A stretch of 63,480 nucleotides of DNA, counting the filler, from Phoronis australis (lineage: Eukaryota; Animalia; Phoronida), in the NCBI GenBank assembly GCA_002633005.1. It is 4 parts of 4 records of this genome, joined end to end, with 100 filler letters (N's around TTAATTAATTAA, not from the genome) between each part and the next. Parts side by side here need not be neighbours in the genome. Positions count along the whole stretch, not along the records: positions 30,694 to 41,887 come from NMRA01001712.1; positions 41,988 to 62,141 come from NMRA01000627.1; 2 more parts are not named here. The stretch is one strand, 5' to 3'. The notes beneath the pieces are model-generated. The model searched no databases. It worked only from the letters and a program-made list of their open reading frames with translations, and had not been told where the DNA came from. The position numbers were made by a program, and so were the translations under genes. This document shows, piece by piece, positions 39,391 through 53,649 of the stretch. The first letter of the stretch is position 1; every line of letters starts with the position of its first letter.

Positions 39391-39856
39391 GTCAGTGAGA
39401 CAATACTGTACAGAACGAAAAGAGCTACATTGTACACGAAAGCTGTTAGGCTACTCGTAAATCGTGCTTCTGCCAAACAAATTTTTAAATACTAAAATAT
39501 TTGATGCAACTCACACGTACTTACCACCATACAACTGGCACGCGCCACGCAGGTCAAGCAAACCACGTGATCACATTGGCTTCCACAGGTTCTTGCCGTT
39601 GCTCTTCCTCTGTCCAAATGGCATGACATCACTCTCGGGATCGGTCCATGTTCGTACAATGTACCCACGAGATGCTCTGCAACCATTTCAAAGTTCAAAC
39701 GTTGTTAGTTAACCTCCGAGTAATGTTTCTTCTCATAGCGTATTAAATACGCTGAGTGATCTATATTTGTCTACCCACCGGGCTGCCTTTCCTTTCTGGA
39801 AACAAATCTTTATAATTGTTATATCTCGGCATCAACTGGTGGTTCCTTTCTTCTAG

Positions 39857-40063
39857 GCATTGAATGGTTGCACTGGACGTGACGATGCGTTCGAAAGAGG
39901 ATATTCTAAGCTCGTCATGACACCGCGTTCATTTATAGAGTCCGCCGGTGTGGCGTCAGTGATCACTTTCCTGTGCAGCCAGGACGCTATGTACATCGAT
40001 GGTGCGGACATACCCGTGGATTGTGGATATTTAGCGATGGGACCCGAAGGTCCAGGACATTAG
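39857..40063 (+). CDS. SDR gene, last exon
   Basis: Acceptor ttcttctag|, phase 0. Encodes ..VASVITFLCSQDAMYIDGADIPVDCGYLAMGPEGPGH*, a classical SDR C-terminus. ATTAAA lies about 120 bp downstream. Confidence 0.88.
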   Translation, partial: ALNGCTGRDDAFERGYSKLVMTPRSFIESAGVASVITFLCSQDAMYIDGADIPVDCGYLAMGPEGPGH

Positions 40064-41220
40064 ACATTCCTGGTTTCCCGTTGCTTATGAAGCAACGTGT
40101 GTGGTCGGTATATATATACTGTATGAGCAATACTTGACGTTTTCGAAAGGTGTTTACTGAATAATTCGAATATACGATGCAAACATTAAACAAAAGTTTA
40201 TGAAGACTATTTACACTTACAAAGACTCACTCGGAGCTTGTTAGATCACGTTAAGGAAGGCAAATTGTTAAAACAATTAATGAACTCTATTTGATTCACG
40301 TTTTCATCATGTGTCACTGGGAACGCTGGCACTAACTATTAAAAAGCAAACTAAAGGTGTCGCTCTAATCAGGCATCAAAACAATGATTTTCAAAGAAGG
40401 CGCTGCATACGAAATTATAAAGTCCTATAAGTTTTACAATTACAACTACATCTCATCTACCCCTAAAATTCTGCCGCAGTATTGAGGGAACATTTGATAT
40501 TGGTGATCATCTGCAGAGTAATGACGTCACGAAGGTGTCGACTTCGGCTTTGTCCTCGCCCACCATGGCGGACCATGTGAAGGGATAGCTGTGGAGAACG
40601 ACCACAACTCGGAACATTGCATTTCATTCGGACACCATAAGACTATCAGTAATTCATTTGCAAAGTAGGCCTAAGTCTTAGGCGTATGCCAAATGTTGAT
40701 CAAAAACACACGATTCATTTTGTCGATCAGATGTGAAAAATCTTCATCGAAAATAAAAACCAGGTCACAATCAACGTGTGGTTAGGATGTAAACACTTGG
40801 ACGACTCTTTGTTAAAATTGTCACACGTCCGGGTCTAGTTTAATCCAACTCAGAAGTTGAAACCCAATCTTCATGGTTCTTCTACTGAACAGATTCACGA
40901 CAAAGAGATCTGCTAGCGTTGACAACAACGCGAATTTCAGGAAAAAGAGACCTACATGGGTATAGAGTTTAGTAATAGTAGGACCTACACTAGGACCTCT
41001 CTAAAATCTAGCCAAAATCACGCGTCCTCATTTGAAATACACCAGGAAGAGATCTTTTCCTGAATACACTGAACACGGCAATATGTTTTGTAATCTCGCG
41101 AAGTCTTGGTATTTAGCGAGGTCCTAGCGTCAGGCGAACTCTATAACCTGGACTCCTGGAAGTCGGTGACAGGGCTGTCGTCACCACTTCACAAGCTAGG
41201 TTGTTTGAGAACTCAGTTAA

Positions 41221-41887
41221 AGGCGAAGACAACCTTTTTCCATGTCATTTTGAGCTAAAATAAGGTTGGTTGGTTATCCTAGACATATTTTTCACTTAAT
41301 TACAGCTNTTTTCGTAATTTTATTAATTACTCGTCCGCTACTCCGGAAGTGACGTTTTAGGAGGCAAGCATTTCGCGCCAATTTTTTTTCATATAGTCTG
41401 ACTGTGAGAGCTGCCGAGTCAGTCATTGTTCTACCTCGGTTGTGTTAAGTTCCGTCGTCGTTTGCTTTCATTTACTAGTCAGTCAACATGCAACACTGTT
41501 GCTGCGTACCGGAATGTACTAATCATCGGCTCACGCGTGCTTTGGGAGTACCTTTGCATTGCTTTCCGATGGATTGCACACTTCGCGTACTTGGCTCGTT
41601 CGGGTGAAGAACACAGCGTTACCCGTCCACGCAACGTACAAAGCAGTGGAGAATTACCGTGTGTGTGGCAAGCACTTTCTGCCATCCGATTACGAAAGGG
41701 ATTTGTACGCTGAACTGATGAAGGTCCCTGCGAAACAACGTCTGAAGAAGGATGCCATTCCGTCTGTGTTGATTCCCGGCAGTGCCCCGTCGCCACCCTC
41801 GAGAAGTGCGTTTTTGAAGCGAGAAGCCTCGCGAGCTGTGGCCAGTACAGTGACTGGAGCCAGTGGCGGCACTTCATCTACTGTCAC
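41221..41887 (+). mobile_element. 5' end of a THAP-encoding (probably Kolobok) transposon, frameshifted THAP ORF
   Basis: TTAA|AGGCG start. From ATG 41488: MQHCCCVPECTNHR..LHCFPMDCTLR, then a frameshift near 41585, then RTWLVRVKN..YRVCGKHFLPSDY..RLKKDAIPSV. Together this is a full C2CH THAP with an AVP-box variant. Runs into a gap. Confidence 0.75.
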
Positions 41888-44800
41888 NNNNNNNNNNNNN
41901 NNNNNNNNNNNNNNNNNNNNNNNNNNNNNNNTTAATTAATTAANNNNNNNNNNNNNNNNNNNNNNNNNNNNNNNNNNNNNNNNNNNNCCAATTGGCTTTT
42001 ATTGGAAACCACAGTGCAGAGCTCAACATCAAAGCTTCAAATCGAGTTTATGTCAATAAAAACAGGCTGTTGCAATTTTCATTACTTCGTTGGCCTTTTT
42101 CTGCATGTTTCTCAGTTTTTACAAAAGGGGGCAGCATATGACGAACTTAGGTGTCACAATAAAATGGCTGCCGAAGGCAGTGCACATTTGAAATAACTCG
42201 GCACAAATTAAAGAAAACTTCCGAATCGATGAATGCGGTATATCTGTGAGAGTTAAATCGAATCCTATTCAGATCATAACTTTGAAGTGGAATAATTCGG
42301 TGAGTACAACAGCAAGTCGGTTTTATGCTTAGGCGGACGATCATTGGGTTCCCCAGTATACAAAGGTATATTTTGTCGATAGTCTTCATACAGCTATAGC
42401 TGGCTGGCTAAGCTCTTCCCAGTTCAAGCAAATACTCCCACAAGTTTTTTCGATCAGAGAACAATGGGAAGTGTTGTTGCTTCTCGCCAGCCAGTTAAGG
42501 GGCTACGTCACGTGTTGCCTAGCTCTTTACTGGTCATCATAATGAAATCCATTGGTGAGAAATTCATAAAAATCTGTACTTAGCACTGGATGGGAGAATT
42601 CATCATTTTAGATTTACTGCAAAGTCGGAAGTGAGATTCAGTTGTGAACGATTGAATAACAAGGCTGTGTCAGCTGTTGGATTGTGCTAAGTGTATTTGA
42701 CTGATAGTAAAATTTGGGTAAACATGTACAGAACAGCTCTCACAAAAATGTTCGGTGAAAAATGCAAGGCACGGTGTATTTGCTTCTGGTATTCTCGTAT
42801 AAATTTGGGCTCGTAAAAAGTGGCCATCAGTGAAAAAGCTAGATAATCACCTGTACAAGTGAGTCCAATTTCCTACTCATATTTGTTCTTCCTCCACTCA
42901 TATTTTCATCCGTTTTACATGGAATTCAAGGTCCAACCAAGTGTTGGTTAGCGGGAACATTGTCTTGTTAGCCTCTTGCACATTTAAGAATAACTGAGCT
43001 TTCAAATTGAAACTGTCCAAGCACCTCACACTACGCAAAAAATATTTTTTCTTCAAAAGAACCATTCATTGATCCCAGATAAATTTAAGAGCCAAACTAG
43101 AGTCTTGTTCATATCTGAAGTAACATGTGCTCTGTATGTGATATTTTGTGGCAGACCTATTTTTTCCATGTCTATGGCACGTATTCAGTGCAAAGCAAAC
43201 AAATGTCAGGATCATGTGACATTTCTTGGCTGTCCTATTTTTTCCATATTTGGCACTTTTTCAGTGCCAAAGTAGCAAACTCGAATCGCCCAATAATGGA
43301 ATTATGCACAAGGTAATCATTTGCTTTTAAATCACTTCATACAAGCCACCCAATGACCCAATACACTGAAAGACACAAACAAGTGACTACAGTCTGTGAG
43401 GGTGTGACAACGATGCAGTAATAGACAGTTTCCTAGCGCTTAAAAATGCCCAGTATCAGCTTTTTCAGCACAAAATACAGCATAGCAGGACAGAGCAGAA
43501 ATATGTTAATTCTAGCGCAATAGCAAATTGGCATGTATTCCTTTAGGTCTCTTTATTTATACTCTATAGCACCTTAGGAATTCTTTTGTATGAATATTTT
43601 TGCATCTTGAATATCCCAAAAGCTAAGCATTTCTTTTTAAACACAGGGTACCAACAGAAAAACAATAAGTTCATTAAATTAACATTTTGTTTTATTTCCA
43701 TTAAATTAACATTTTGTTTTATTTCCATTTTATAATGTGGTCCAACTGTTTGAGTTTAATAAGTTGAATTCTACTAAGAATAACTAGATGACATTGTAAA
43801 CTATAACTTTTCTGCAAATACTTTTGAAATTGAAAAAGTCCAATGCATTTATTTTGAATCTGTAGCAACTTCTTTACACAATTTTAAGTTGCCTTTGTAA
43901 TATTTTATCGTTTTAAGATTCTTAGATGTGAGATACATTTGTCTTCTGCACGTTAAGAAAGTAAAAATATGACCAAAAGTTATTTTTATTGGCTGAAAAA
44001 TTGTAACTTCATGAGCGTGACGGACATACAAATTTCCTGTACGTCTGTCACGCAATTTCTGACTTAACAAATAATCCCTAGGACCTAAAATTTTGGTCAG
44101 TAGTATTGAGTAACAAATTAAAAGAGAATCTGAAATTATTTTAAGTTTGCTTGAAAACTTTTAACGTAACTATACTTTTAAACTTTTTTGTGACGGACCT
44201 ACGGCACCATGATATTCAGAGGTTGACCTTTGACCACAAGTGGTCGATGATGTGCTGAAGTTGAAATGTTTTTTATAAACTTTGGGGTTCATGTGACTGC
44301 ACAAATTTGATAGTATTGTGAAATACCCACAATTAGCCTTTTTATGACAATAATTAGCAACACACATGAAAATCGAGCAAATATTTTAGGGTCAAGTTAC
44401 CCCCAAAATGGGTCCATTTAGCCAAAAATTTGAAAGTTATAGGGCAATCAAATATGGGTCGTGAAACTAGAGAGAATGGGCTTTCAGATGAGACCAGAAA
44501 TGATAATGAAGACACAACTTTAATTTTTTGTCTCGAGGTTGACCTTTTCATGGAATTGCCCAAAAATGGAATTTGATAGCTTACAAAATGGTAAAAATGG
44601 AAATTTATGTTTGTTAACATGAATTTCTCTGTTTTTGAAAATTTAAAACCAGTGTCTCAAGTTATACAACCTGATTAATAATGACGGCGTTGCCTTGGAG
44701 ACGGGTTATTTGGCTAAAGTTGCTCACTTTCAACCTCTCATAGGTATGTGTCTCAATTTGGGCGTACACAACAAGATTACGGCACATACTAAATAAGTAA

Positions 44801-46559
44801 ATTAATGTAATTCTGAAATAGCAAACGCAAACATATAGCCTTTCCTGTAGCACTAAAATCCAAGTTTACAAAATCTTGCACTGACTTCCCTCATATCAAT
44901 TCCTACCGTATTTTCTTTTAAGCAATGTAACAAATTGTTAGGAACAATTGTATTTTACAGATTGGAACCTCTAATTGTAATTTCAGAAGTATTTTTACTT
45001 CTAGCACTTGAAACACACAAGAAGTTAAAAACCTCAGATAGAAAGAAATTAAATTAATAATTACAAATTGTTATCGTTCTTGTCTCAAAGCATACAAGCA
45101 AAATGTGCAAGTTCAGAAACAGAGCTAAGACAAACACCATGTCATGAAATCTGAGACATTTCGCAACTCTGCATACAGAATAGCCTGTCATGTGGGTGAT
45201 CAAATTTCAAAGTTTAAATCCACAAAATTGTAAAATAGTTATCAGCATGAAATTACAGCACCAAATCAATACACACTTGTGCTTTGTGTATATGAAATAG
45301 TGCATTACTTCATAACCTGCCCAACAATTGGTATCTATAACTAAATGTGGCACAAAAGATTTTGATCAGATTTAGCTTAAGTCAATAAATGAACCCTCTG
45401 ACAAAAGATGAAATTGGATACTCTTAAGATTTTTCATACGATGTTTTTCAGTAGTTTCCCTGTTTTTGAAACACCAACATATTCGCCAGTTTCAAACATC
45501 ACCATTTTTGTTTCATTTGCTCTTCCTAACAATACACAGACACACACAATGGAATTCTCAAGTATCAAACTGATCCACAGATGGTTATGGATGATTGAAG
45601 GCTGTTGGAAGGAAATTTTGCTAAGTAACATTTAAATTGATAAAATGTAAACATGACTGACATTGTAAGATAGGTGATCAGAGAGAAGCAATGAACACTA
45701 ACTCTATTGATGGCGTAGTTAAATATCTCAGGGAAGATAATCCCCATTGATAATTACGTTAGCGCCGCAATAAGACTGCATTGGTTTCTTAGCCTCCGTT
45801 TAATTCAGTGTACTTCATCAATGACATAACTTTCTCAATTAGCGGCGCTGATGTTTTTCAAATTTATGCATTGTAAGACAGTTCAGGGCTCATGAGCTTT
45901 TGACGCCACTCAGACAAAACTCACTGACTTGTGAACAATATCCCATTCTTAAAAATGACTTCATAAATATTAATTTCTGTCTGAAACAGACTTGTACAGC
46001 ACCAGGGATTGACAACATTCTAATATTCTAATCGCTAACACAAAGGCTTTTCCCACTGGCTTTGAAGCTTCATTGTTCCAAGGTCATATTAGTGCTGCCT
46101 TGCGATAACTTCGCTCATAACTCTGAAGCTAATGGGAACATTGCCACTTAAATTTGGTGTTAACCACAGTTAACACGGAAGCTTGAGTACTAGAGAAGTT
46201 AACGCTGTAGGAAAGGACCTACAAAACTAAGTTCATGAACAAAAATTAACACGTCAAAAACCATTTTTCAATTTATAATTGTGCCATATACTGTAGTCAA
46301 ATATAATCTGTGAAAGTGCTTTTGGTGACATTTTCTATGATAATCTAAATTACAAAAAGTGATCTCTCACAGTAAACGGGATAAGATTAAATTCATTCTG
46401 TAAAATAATGAAGTTCGCTGATGATCACGGTTATTACCGTCCTTCATTTTTCATTTTCCACAGTCAGTAGAATAATAAATCCAGTTGGAGCAAGCATGTG
46501 TCCAAATAACAAGCCAGCAATATAGTTGGACCTAGTATACCAGGAATCATTCTCAAAAG

Positions 46560-47340
46560 CAATTATACCCATTTAGTCCACTAAATTTTTATTCGTGGTC
46601 AACTCAACATGAAACTTATACAACTGTTAGAATGCTTTGTTCGGAAGTTCTTGTTGCTCCTACATGAAAGTCACCTTGTCCCACAACACGTACGCAACTC
46701 TCATGACACGCGGATACCGGGTATTTCTGATAAAAAGTCCATCACCACAAAGCATGCGTGGATGATTTTTCAGGAAAAGTGGGAAGAAATAACACCATGG
46801 GTGCGTCCTCCGGAACAAAAAAACAATTTGAAGAAATCATTCCCTACAAAACAGTGTTCACGGCGCTTTTTCGGGGACAAAATTCGAAATCACTGTCGCC
46901 CAAAGCTCTTTATCGGAAATTCCCGGTGTTAACATAGCAAAGATAAGCCAAGAGCTAGTGGCAAATTTGCAGAAGCGAAATGACCAGAAATTCAGTTTAC
47001 TGGTTTCTATAACGTACTAAATAGTTACACGACAGCGAAACCAGTTTGTATAATTTGATGCTCACCAACATACCGTTGTGTAAGGGAGAACGCTTTATAG
47101 AAGAATCAGCATAGCTCAAAGCTATGACAGTGCAGATCGCTCCAGAAATTCGACTGCAGAATGACAAAACAAAGCGGCCCTATTTTCAGACTAGTTGCGA
47201 TTTTTTTATACGACACTCCTTGATTATAGGTCTATCGGATGCCAATGTCAACAAATGACCTAACTGCGGGAAATCCCTGAAGGCGGATTCTAGCTCCATG
47301 CTTCCAAGTCGACAGTCCTTCGTTCAGTTGCCCAAATTGA
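46560..47340 (-). pseudogene. Decayed reading frame, paralogous to 58.0-59.0 kb; possibly TIR-domain
   Basis: DFFKLFF-VPEDAPM..FLKNHPRMLCGDGLFIRN; upstream AFRDFP/RSFVDI and CFVILQSNFWSDLHCHSFEL; many stops and frameshifts. Confidence 0.5.
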
Positions 47341-50300
47341 CAACTGGCCGTTTTTATATTGCTGGCACCACATGACAAGACACGGTCTCTTAAGGTCTCT
47401 CTATGTGCAAAAGGTACTTATAGCAACACGGCTTGATGAAGGTTTAATCAGTGATTGGCATAATTTGCTTCTGTCATATGGTGGCCCCATGAGATGGTCA
47501 CCGTCTCTACTGGGGCTAATTAAGATGATGGTAATGTATCACTAGGCAATTACAATGCCCTGTAATGCCACTGGCAATATTATAGAGCGAAAATTTACTC
47601 AAGTCAAAATACAGCAAATAAAATGAATGAAACATGCATAGATACAAATGGAGTATAACTAAAACATACCATGACTATGGAGACAATTTAGTCAACATCA
47701 TTTGACTATATCCGATATCTGTCGTTGTTTGCTCAAGCTTCCATCACTGGGTGCCATTTTGAGGAGGTTACATGAAAACACTCTTGTTGACGAACATAAA
47801 GTCCGAGGGGCATAAATCTTACAAATTCCACTCGGTGATGTATTAATTCCCATGCTATATTTTTACATGTGTCACGTGCCAGGTCACGTGTTTCGCTCAG
47901 TCTTGTACTTGTCCTTGCCTACTGAAACTGACGTGATGTCAGCTGAAATACGTTGTGGTTTATCACGCGTGGAATTCTTTGCTAAAGTCATCTGAATTCC
48001 CACAGACATGTTTCATCGAAGATATGTAGAGAACCAGAAAGTGAAAACTTTTTATTCGGTGACCAAGGCCCCTAAATTTCTCCCTAATTCAGTTTTGGCA
48101 GTTCAAGGGTGAGAATGTCTGACGAGCAAAATTCTGGCTAATACTCTACCCTAGCTTCCCTAACTTGAACTCCTGCATCCGCATATGGAAATTAGTACAG
48201 AAAGTGACGAGGAGTATTGTAGTCCATGTATAGCCAGCCGACGGACTGCGACGTGTTGCCTACTGCCGTAGTTTGTGTGGTAGCCGTAGGCCTGCTGATC
48301 GCAGACACAGATACAAATAGTTTACAGTAATAACGGGGAATATAGCTGCAGAGTAAACTTACGATTCGACGATTCGCCCTCTTCATAGACTGGCTGAAAC
48401 TCTGCTTTGGAAGCCATGAAAACAACACAAGGCTACAACGCCGCACTCAGAAGTCGAACAGTAAAACTTTAGCCCCTGTTCACTGACACTATCAGTACCA
48501 CTGCGTTATTTTGGTCTGCAATACGGAAGTCGATGTCGTCCCGGTATCCCTCCTCTAATTAAGTATTATCACGTACAAGAGTTTTGTCGATATTTTAGCT
48601 TTTAAATGGAGAATTTTTCAGGAGTAAGACGAAAACATTAACTGGAATGTATTAAATGATAAAAATAATAAACACGTCGCTTCATAACAAGTCACTAATT
48701 TACGAAACTAACTACTTGGAAGTTAAAATCACTGCCCACGTGGTTCATCGGCTTGTCAAAAGGTATCGCTAGCAGACACCTTTTCGTCGCGCACAACATT
48801 CAAGCCTGTGTTCAACTTCAAAGTCATGAAAAAAGAATAGAGTCGTTTATTAAGCCAAAAGTGACACCCATAAACTCCATTCTGATAACATTATAACCAT
48901 AGATAACGAGATGTATCAACTTGTGAACTTGTGTCGTTTCATGTTTTAAAGCTAGAACGAAAATCACTGAAAACAAACGACACCCGGCCCTTTATCAAAC
49001 CAAAAATTACGGCCCCCGGCGACACCACAGTATAACAACAGAAAACGAAAAGTCTCACTTGCCTTATTTCTCAACTAGGCTATGTGTATCAACACCATGC
49101 ACGCACCCGGCGGAGTTGGGGGGCTTTAACGAGCACCCCCCCTCCCATTTTGGCGAATGGGCAAAAAAGTCCGCCTCAGACGAAGTCATTACAAGACATA
49201 AAGTCCGAGAAAGCGAGACAAAAGTCGACAGGAATTCGGCGCGAATGCACAGTTCATAGGTCTGCACGTAGTCCCCCCTTTTTAGTCCCTGTTGTTTTGT
49301 TCAGTAAAAGGTCCACACTCGAAAATATAAGTTTAGCGGGGACAAAAATCAAAACAAACATCATCGCTATGGAGGGCAACGAGGGTGCCGAAGCAACATC
49401 TACCAAACTTAGTACGGTACCCATCGAGTACGATCCGCATATGCCTTTAAAGGAACATTTCCTTCGCATGCACTTCCTACGGCAAATTAAACACAAGTCA
49501 TACTATTAAGATTATGTCACAGAAGTGCACACTCCTTTAAATAATTTTGGATAATCAGTATTTAGCTGAAAACGGTATGGCACGGCAGTTAAATTAGTTC
49601 AAAAATCAAGTGTTGTTCATGTCACATCCCAAGCATAAACTTTCATCAGAATCTCGCAAGCACTGAATACATTCGCAATGATTTTCTAGTTCAGAATTGA
49701 CCCGAACACCTTTAGCTGGTTTAAACCGCTTTCTTCAGCCACTGATGACTTCGATGTTCTTGTTGTTAACAGAAATAGAGACCTACCACGGAAAAGGATT
49801 ATGTGACCGAATTTATGACATAACAAGGCCCAATTCTATTTTCATTTTTCTTCCAACTAAACAGGACGAAAGGCAATTTTGAAACACAAACGGAAAACAT
49901 GAACTAGTGAAATTCTGCAGAGTAATGAATCTGTAAAATACAATGTAGTAGTTACCAGCAAAATACAACACACAGCACGTTAGAGAGTAGAGTACGGAAA
50001 TGCTTATTTGAAATCAGCCTGAAACAAATATAATGTATCAGTGAAACATCATTGGCTCATGAGTTGAAGAACCATCTATCGGTTACAAATTCTTTAGTAA
50101 GACTGCATCTCGTCCAAAACTAAAAAAACAATAAACACAATGTCGGATTTCTAACTAAGGTACCAAACAAAATTATGCCTAGTACGAACATCTAATCCCT
50201 TGATTTAATATCAGGACAGTAGAAAGCGGGGGAAGTATTGCGCCACGCGTTCTCCAATAAATTTTCAGGCGTACATGTAAAAGGGTCGAAACCGTGGCGG

Positions 50301-50723
50301 GTAGAGGGCAGCCAAGAAAAGGAGAACACAAGAGTGTAGAAGAGGGAACGTTTCCTTTCAAGACATTCTGATTTAATCCACTTGGTCTAAATTTTCTCCT
50401 TATCGCACGATAAGTGAGGTTAGGTTTGCAAAGGATTGGCAGTTCGTTGTGATCATGCTCGTCGCAATAAATGACACGCCTTGACAAGCCAACTTATGAA
50501 CACGTTAACAAACAGCAACAAACTTTCAAAGTCTAGAGGTTATCTGGTCCAGTTTGATAAAGGAACGGTTTGAGACCATTTTTTAACCCCAAGTGGTCTA
50601 AATAAAAATGATTTTGGTAATGCCGGGAAGGCATTTTATATCCACTTTAGGTTAACATTTGTCAACTACAGTGCCGAATTTACTCTTTGTGGGCCCCAGG
50701 GCCGATCCACTGAGGACTTTGAG

Positions 50724-50757
<34 letters not shown>

Positions 50758-52377
50758 AAACTNGCAAAGGGTGGTCATACAGCTAGCTGTGTATGACGAA
50801 ACGTCAAAACACAGCTGTAGTGAACGTAGCCAGTGCCACCGTCTTTAGCTGGCCCAAGACCAGCAGTAAAGAGACAGTTCCTGTGGCTATACAGCTGGTG
50901 CTTTATCCGCCCAATCTCAAAACATTTTTAATGCTACCTACTCACAATTATCGGCTTTCCTTGCAGTTTTTTCAAACGGCTGTTTTCAAGGAAATTTGTG
51001 CAATATGAAACCTTATCACAATAGTTAAAACATGTACCTAGTGGGTTATAAAATAAATAGATAATAGAATAATCATCCTCTGTTCTGTTCATGTTTCCTG
51101 TACAAGAATTAGAAACCCAAAATTAATGAAATTTGTCGATAAAACACCTTCGAACTTCGACGTCTGTTTCTGCTTCCCCCTGATTAACATCTCGATGGTC
51201 ATTCTCATAAATTCTAAATCAATGCAATGGCATTCAAAGTAGGTCATTAGGTTAACTACATCTTTTCACAAATCTCGACATCAAGTTACGGCAGTACGAT
51301 ATTCGACCATAGACTATAGATATCCATGATTCGACAAGGTGGTGTTGAGAGCAAGGTATATGTGTGGAAAATGTTGACATTTTTGCATTTACTGACTTCT
51401 TTCATAAAATGGCTTTATCAGTTTTGGTTAGGAACTGGTATTCGTTGTAGAAATTATGGCTGTCACAAGGAAAGCCACCATCTCAAGATGCTTGAGTGCA
51501 AAACCAGAGATGAATATAATTACATAATAGGTCTGGCTGCCAGCAGGGTCACCAGACAGCACTGGCATAACATGGGCATAAAATTTTAACATAAGGAACC
51601 TGTCAGAGTTAAAAGCTTCAATATGTCAATATGGCCACCAGTCTCTGTTAATTATGACAAATTCTTCAACAATTAGCTGATTTGGCTTGTGCAAAGTTCA
51701 GAATCACATTGATATAATTAAATATCTCAGTTATAATAATTTTCAGTACACAGGCCACAATAGAGTGATTGCATAACTGCAGTTAGAAAACCTTTTCAGC
51801 TTAGAATAGTGCTTGAACAGTACAACTACAAACACAGCTATGTGTTTATAGTTGTTTCTAGCTGGACTGTAGATCAGTGATCACCCTTATCTACTCTTTC
51901 TGACCTACAGTTGAAATGATAACCATCTCATGGTACATGGTGGCCATGAGTCCTATGGAAGCTTTGATATCATATCTAATTCGACTCTATAAAGAACAAT
52001 GTGAAACCAGTTTTTATGTTGGGTGGTGGTCTAAAATCTGACGTTTTTTGTGATGGAGGAAAATTTAGAACACGTATGGCAGAACAGTGAAATATTGTTT
52101 TATCAAAATTTTCAACAAAAATAAACGGTAAGAAAACTTTACAGCATCAATTCCAAAATATTGTAGAATTATTTCAAGAACCACACAATGAGATTCACAT
52201 GTTTTTAGCAATACAGTTAGCTTTTGAAATTCGGGAAAATGAAGATTTTGGCAATTTTTTGTTCAAATTTTAGTAAATTTTACCATAAAATATGAAGAAC
52301 AGACACCATCTCTCTGGCATGTCCTATGTGCAGTCCTTTTTATAAACATGTGCTTTATGGACCTAGTAGTCCTATTA

Positions 52378-53649
52378 CCGTAAACATTCGGGTTAACGCC
52401 CATGCTCACCTAACCTCCATCGCCTACTTTAGGTGGATTCTCGATTTAACTGCCTACTGCTCGGTTAACTACCCCTCTGCGATTTTTGAAGATTTCCAGT
52501 TAAGCGCCCGCCTCTTGGTTAAGCGCTCATCCCCGACCTTTGAAGATTGATGATTATGCGCCCAGTGCTAAGGAAATGCGCGATTACCCATTATTAGATA
52601 AAAATCGATAACAAAGAATGCAACGACAGCGTCAGAGATGGTGGTTTGGCTATGTGAATTATGATACAAGTAACAAATTATTGTCATGGGTCATAGGTTT
52701 GCTTCAAAATGTAATACCTTAAACGCTTTGTCACTTTATTTTCTTCCCATGTTCGCAAAACTAAGAACCCGACGGCTTCAATACCTACAATTTCAGCGAT
52801 GACGTCTGCTGCGCTAAGTTTCTGTATACAGTGCTCTACATAAAACGTATATTTGAAAAAATAAAGCCAGAGAAACATGACAGTGGTCTTGCCAACACTC
52901 CTAATTCGCTGTAGGTGGGAAACTCAGATTTTGAAGAATTCCCTTAACTTTGTGAATATTGTTTCCACCTACCTTTTTAGCCCTTCCGAATAATTTTGCT
53001 TCTTCATTGGCTAGTTTCAACTGGAACAAAATCCTTCCCATTCGAGTCTGAAATATCTACGACGTAGGCTGACTGAAAATTTGCAGCACTTGAATTAGTT
53101 TTTCAAACTTTAATAACAAATAATTTAAAACTGCTGACTCAGCTGTGACCTATGCAGCACGTGAAGCTTTCACGCGCTCACTTTTGCACTGTCACGTCAG
53201 TGAGAATAGTTGCAATCAAAGTGGAGCGCTATATAGTCACTGATCGTCTGCGCTCTACAGGTACAGCTCTAACAAGACTGCAGGACGGCACAGGCTAATA
53301 CTCAGCAATTTTGTAAATTTAACTGAAATGATTAATCTGAGGGCAACAGAACCTTTGTTGGGTCTACCCGCTGTTATGACATTTTTACCGTCATTTGGCG
53401 ACATGTTGATAAAGTTCGGAAAAGTGCGACGCGTTCCAACTATGTGTGGGGACTGGGATCATGAGGTAAGATTAACTGCGGCATCCACCCTGTTGTCTGT
53501 CGTAATAAGCGCCCATGTTCGGTTAACCGCCCACCCGCGATTTCTTGAAATTTCACGTTTAAGCACCCATGTCTGGTTAACCACCCACCCCCCCGATTTT
53601 TTGGGTTCGCCAATTTAACCGCCCAGGACGTTAACCCGAACGTTTACTA
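52378..53649. mobile_element. TA-flanked Tc1/mariner-pogo-like MITE
   Basis: TA|ccgtaaacattcgggttaacg ... cgttaacccgaacgtttac..|TA, with subterminal repeats ttaaccgcc/ttaagcgcc at both ends. Confidence 0.65.

Noticed and set aside
49059-49509. 141-aa ORF and overlapping short ORFs
   Set aside because: No recognisable motif or splice structure; lies next to a CCT|TTAA end and is probably non-coding TE interior.
52378-52540. CRISPR-like spaced repeats (also 10970-11040)
   Set aside because: Short degenerate subterminal TE repeats in eukaryotic DNA, with no cas genes.
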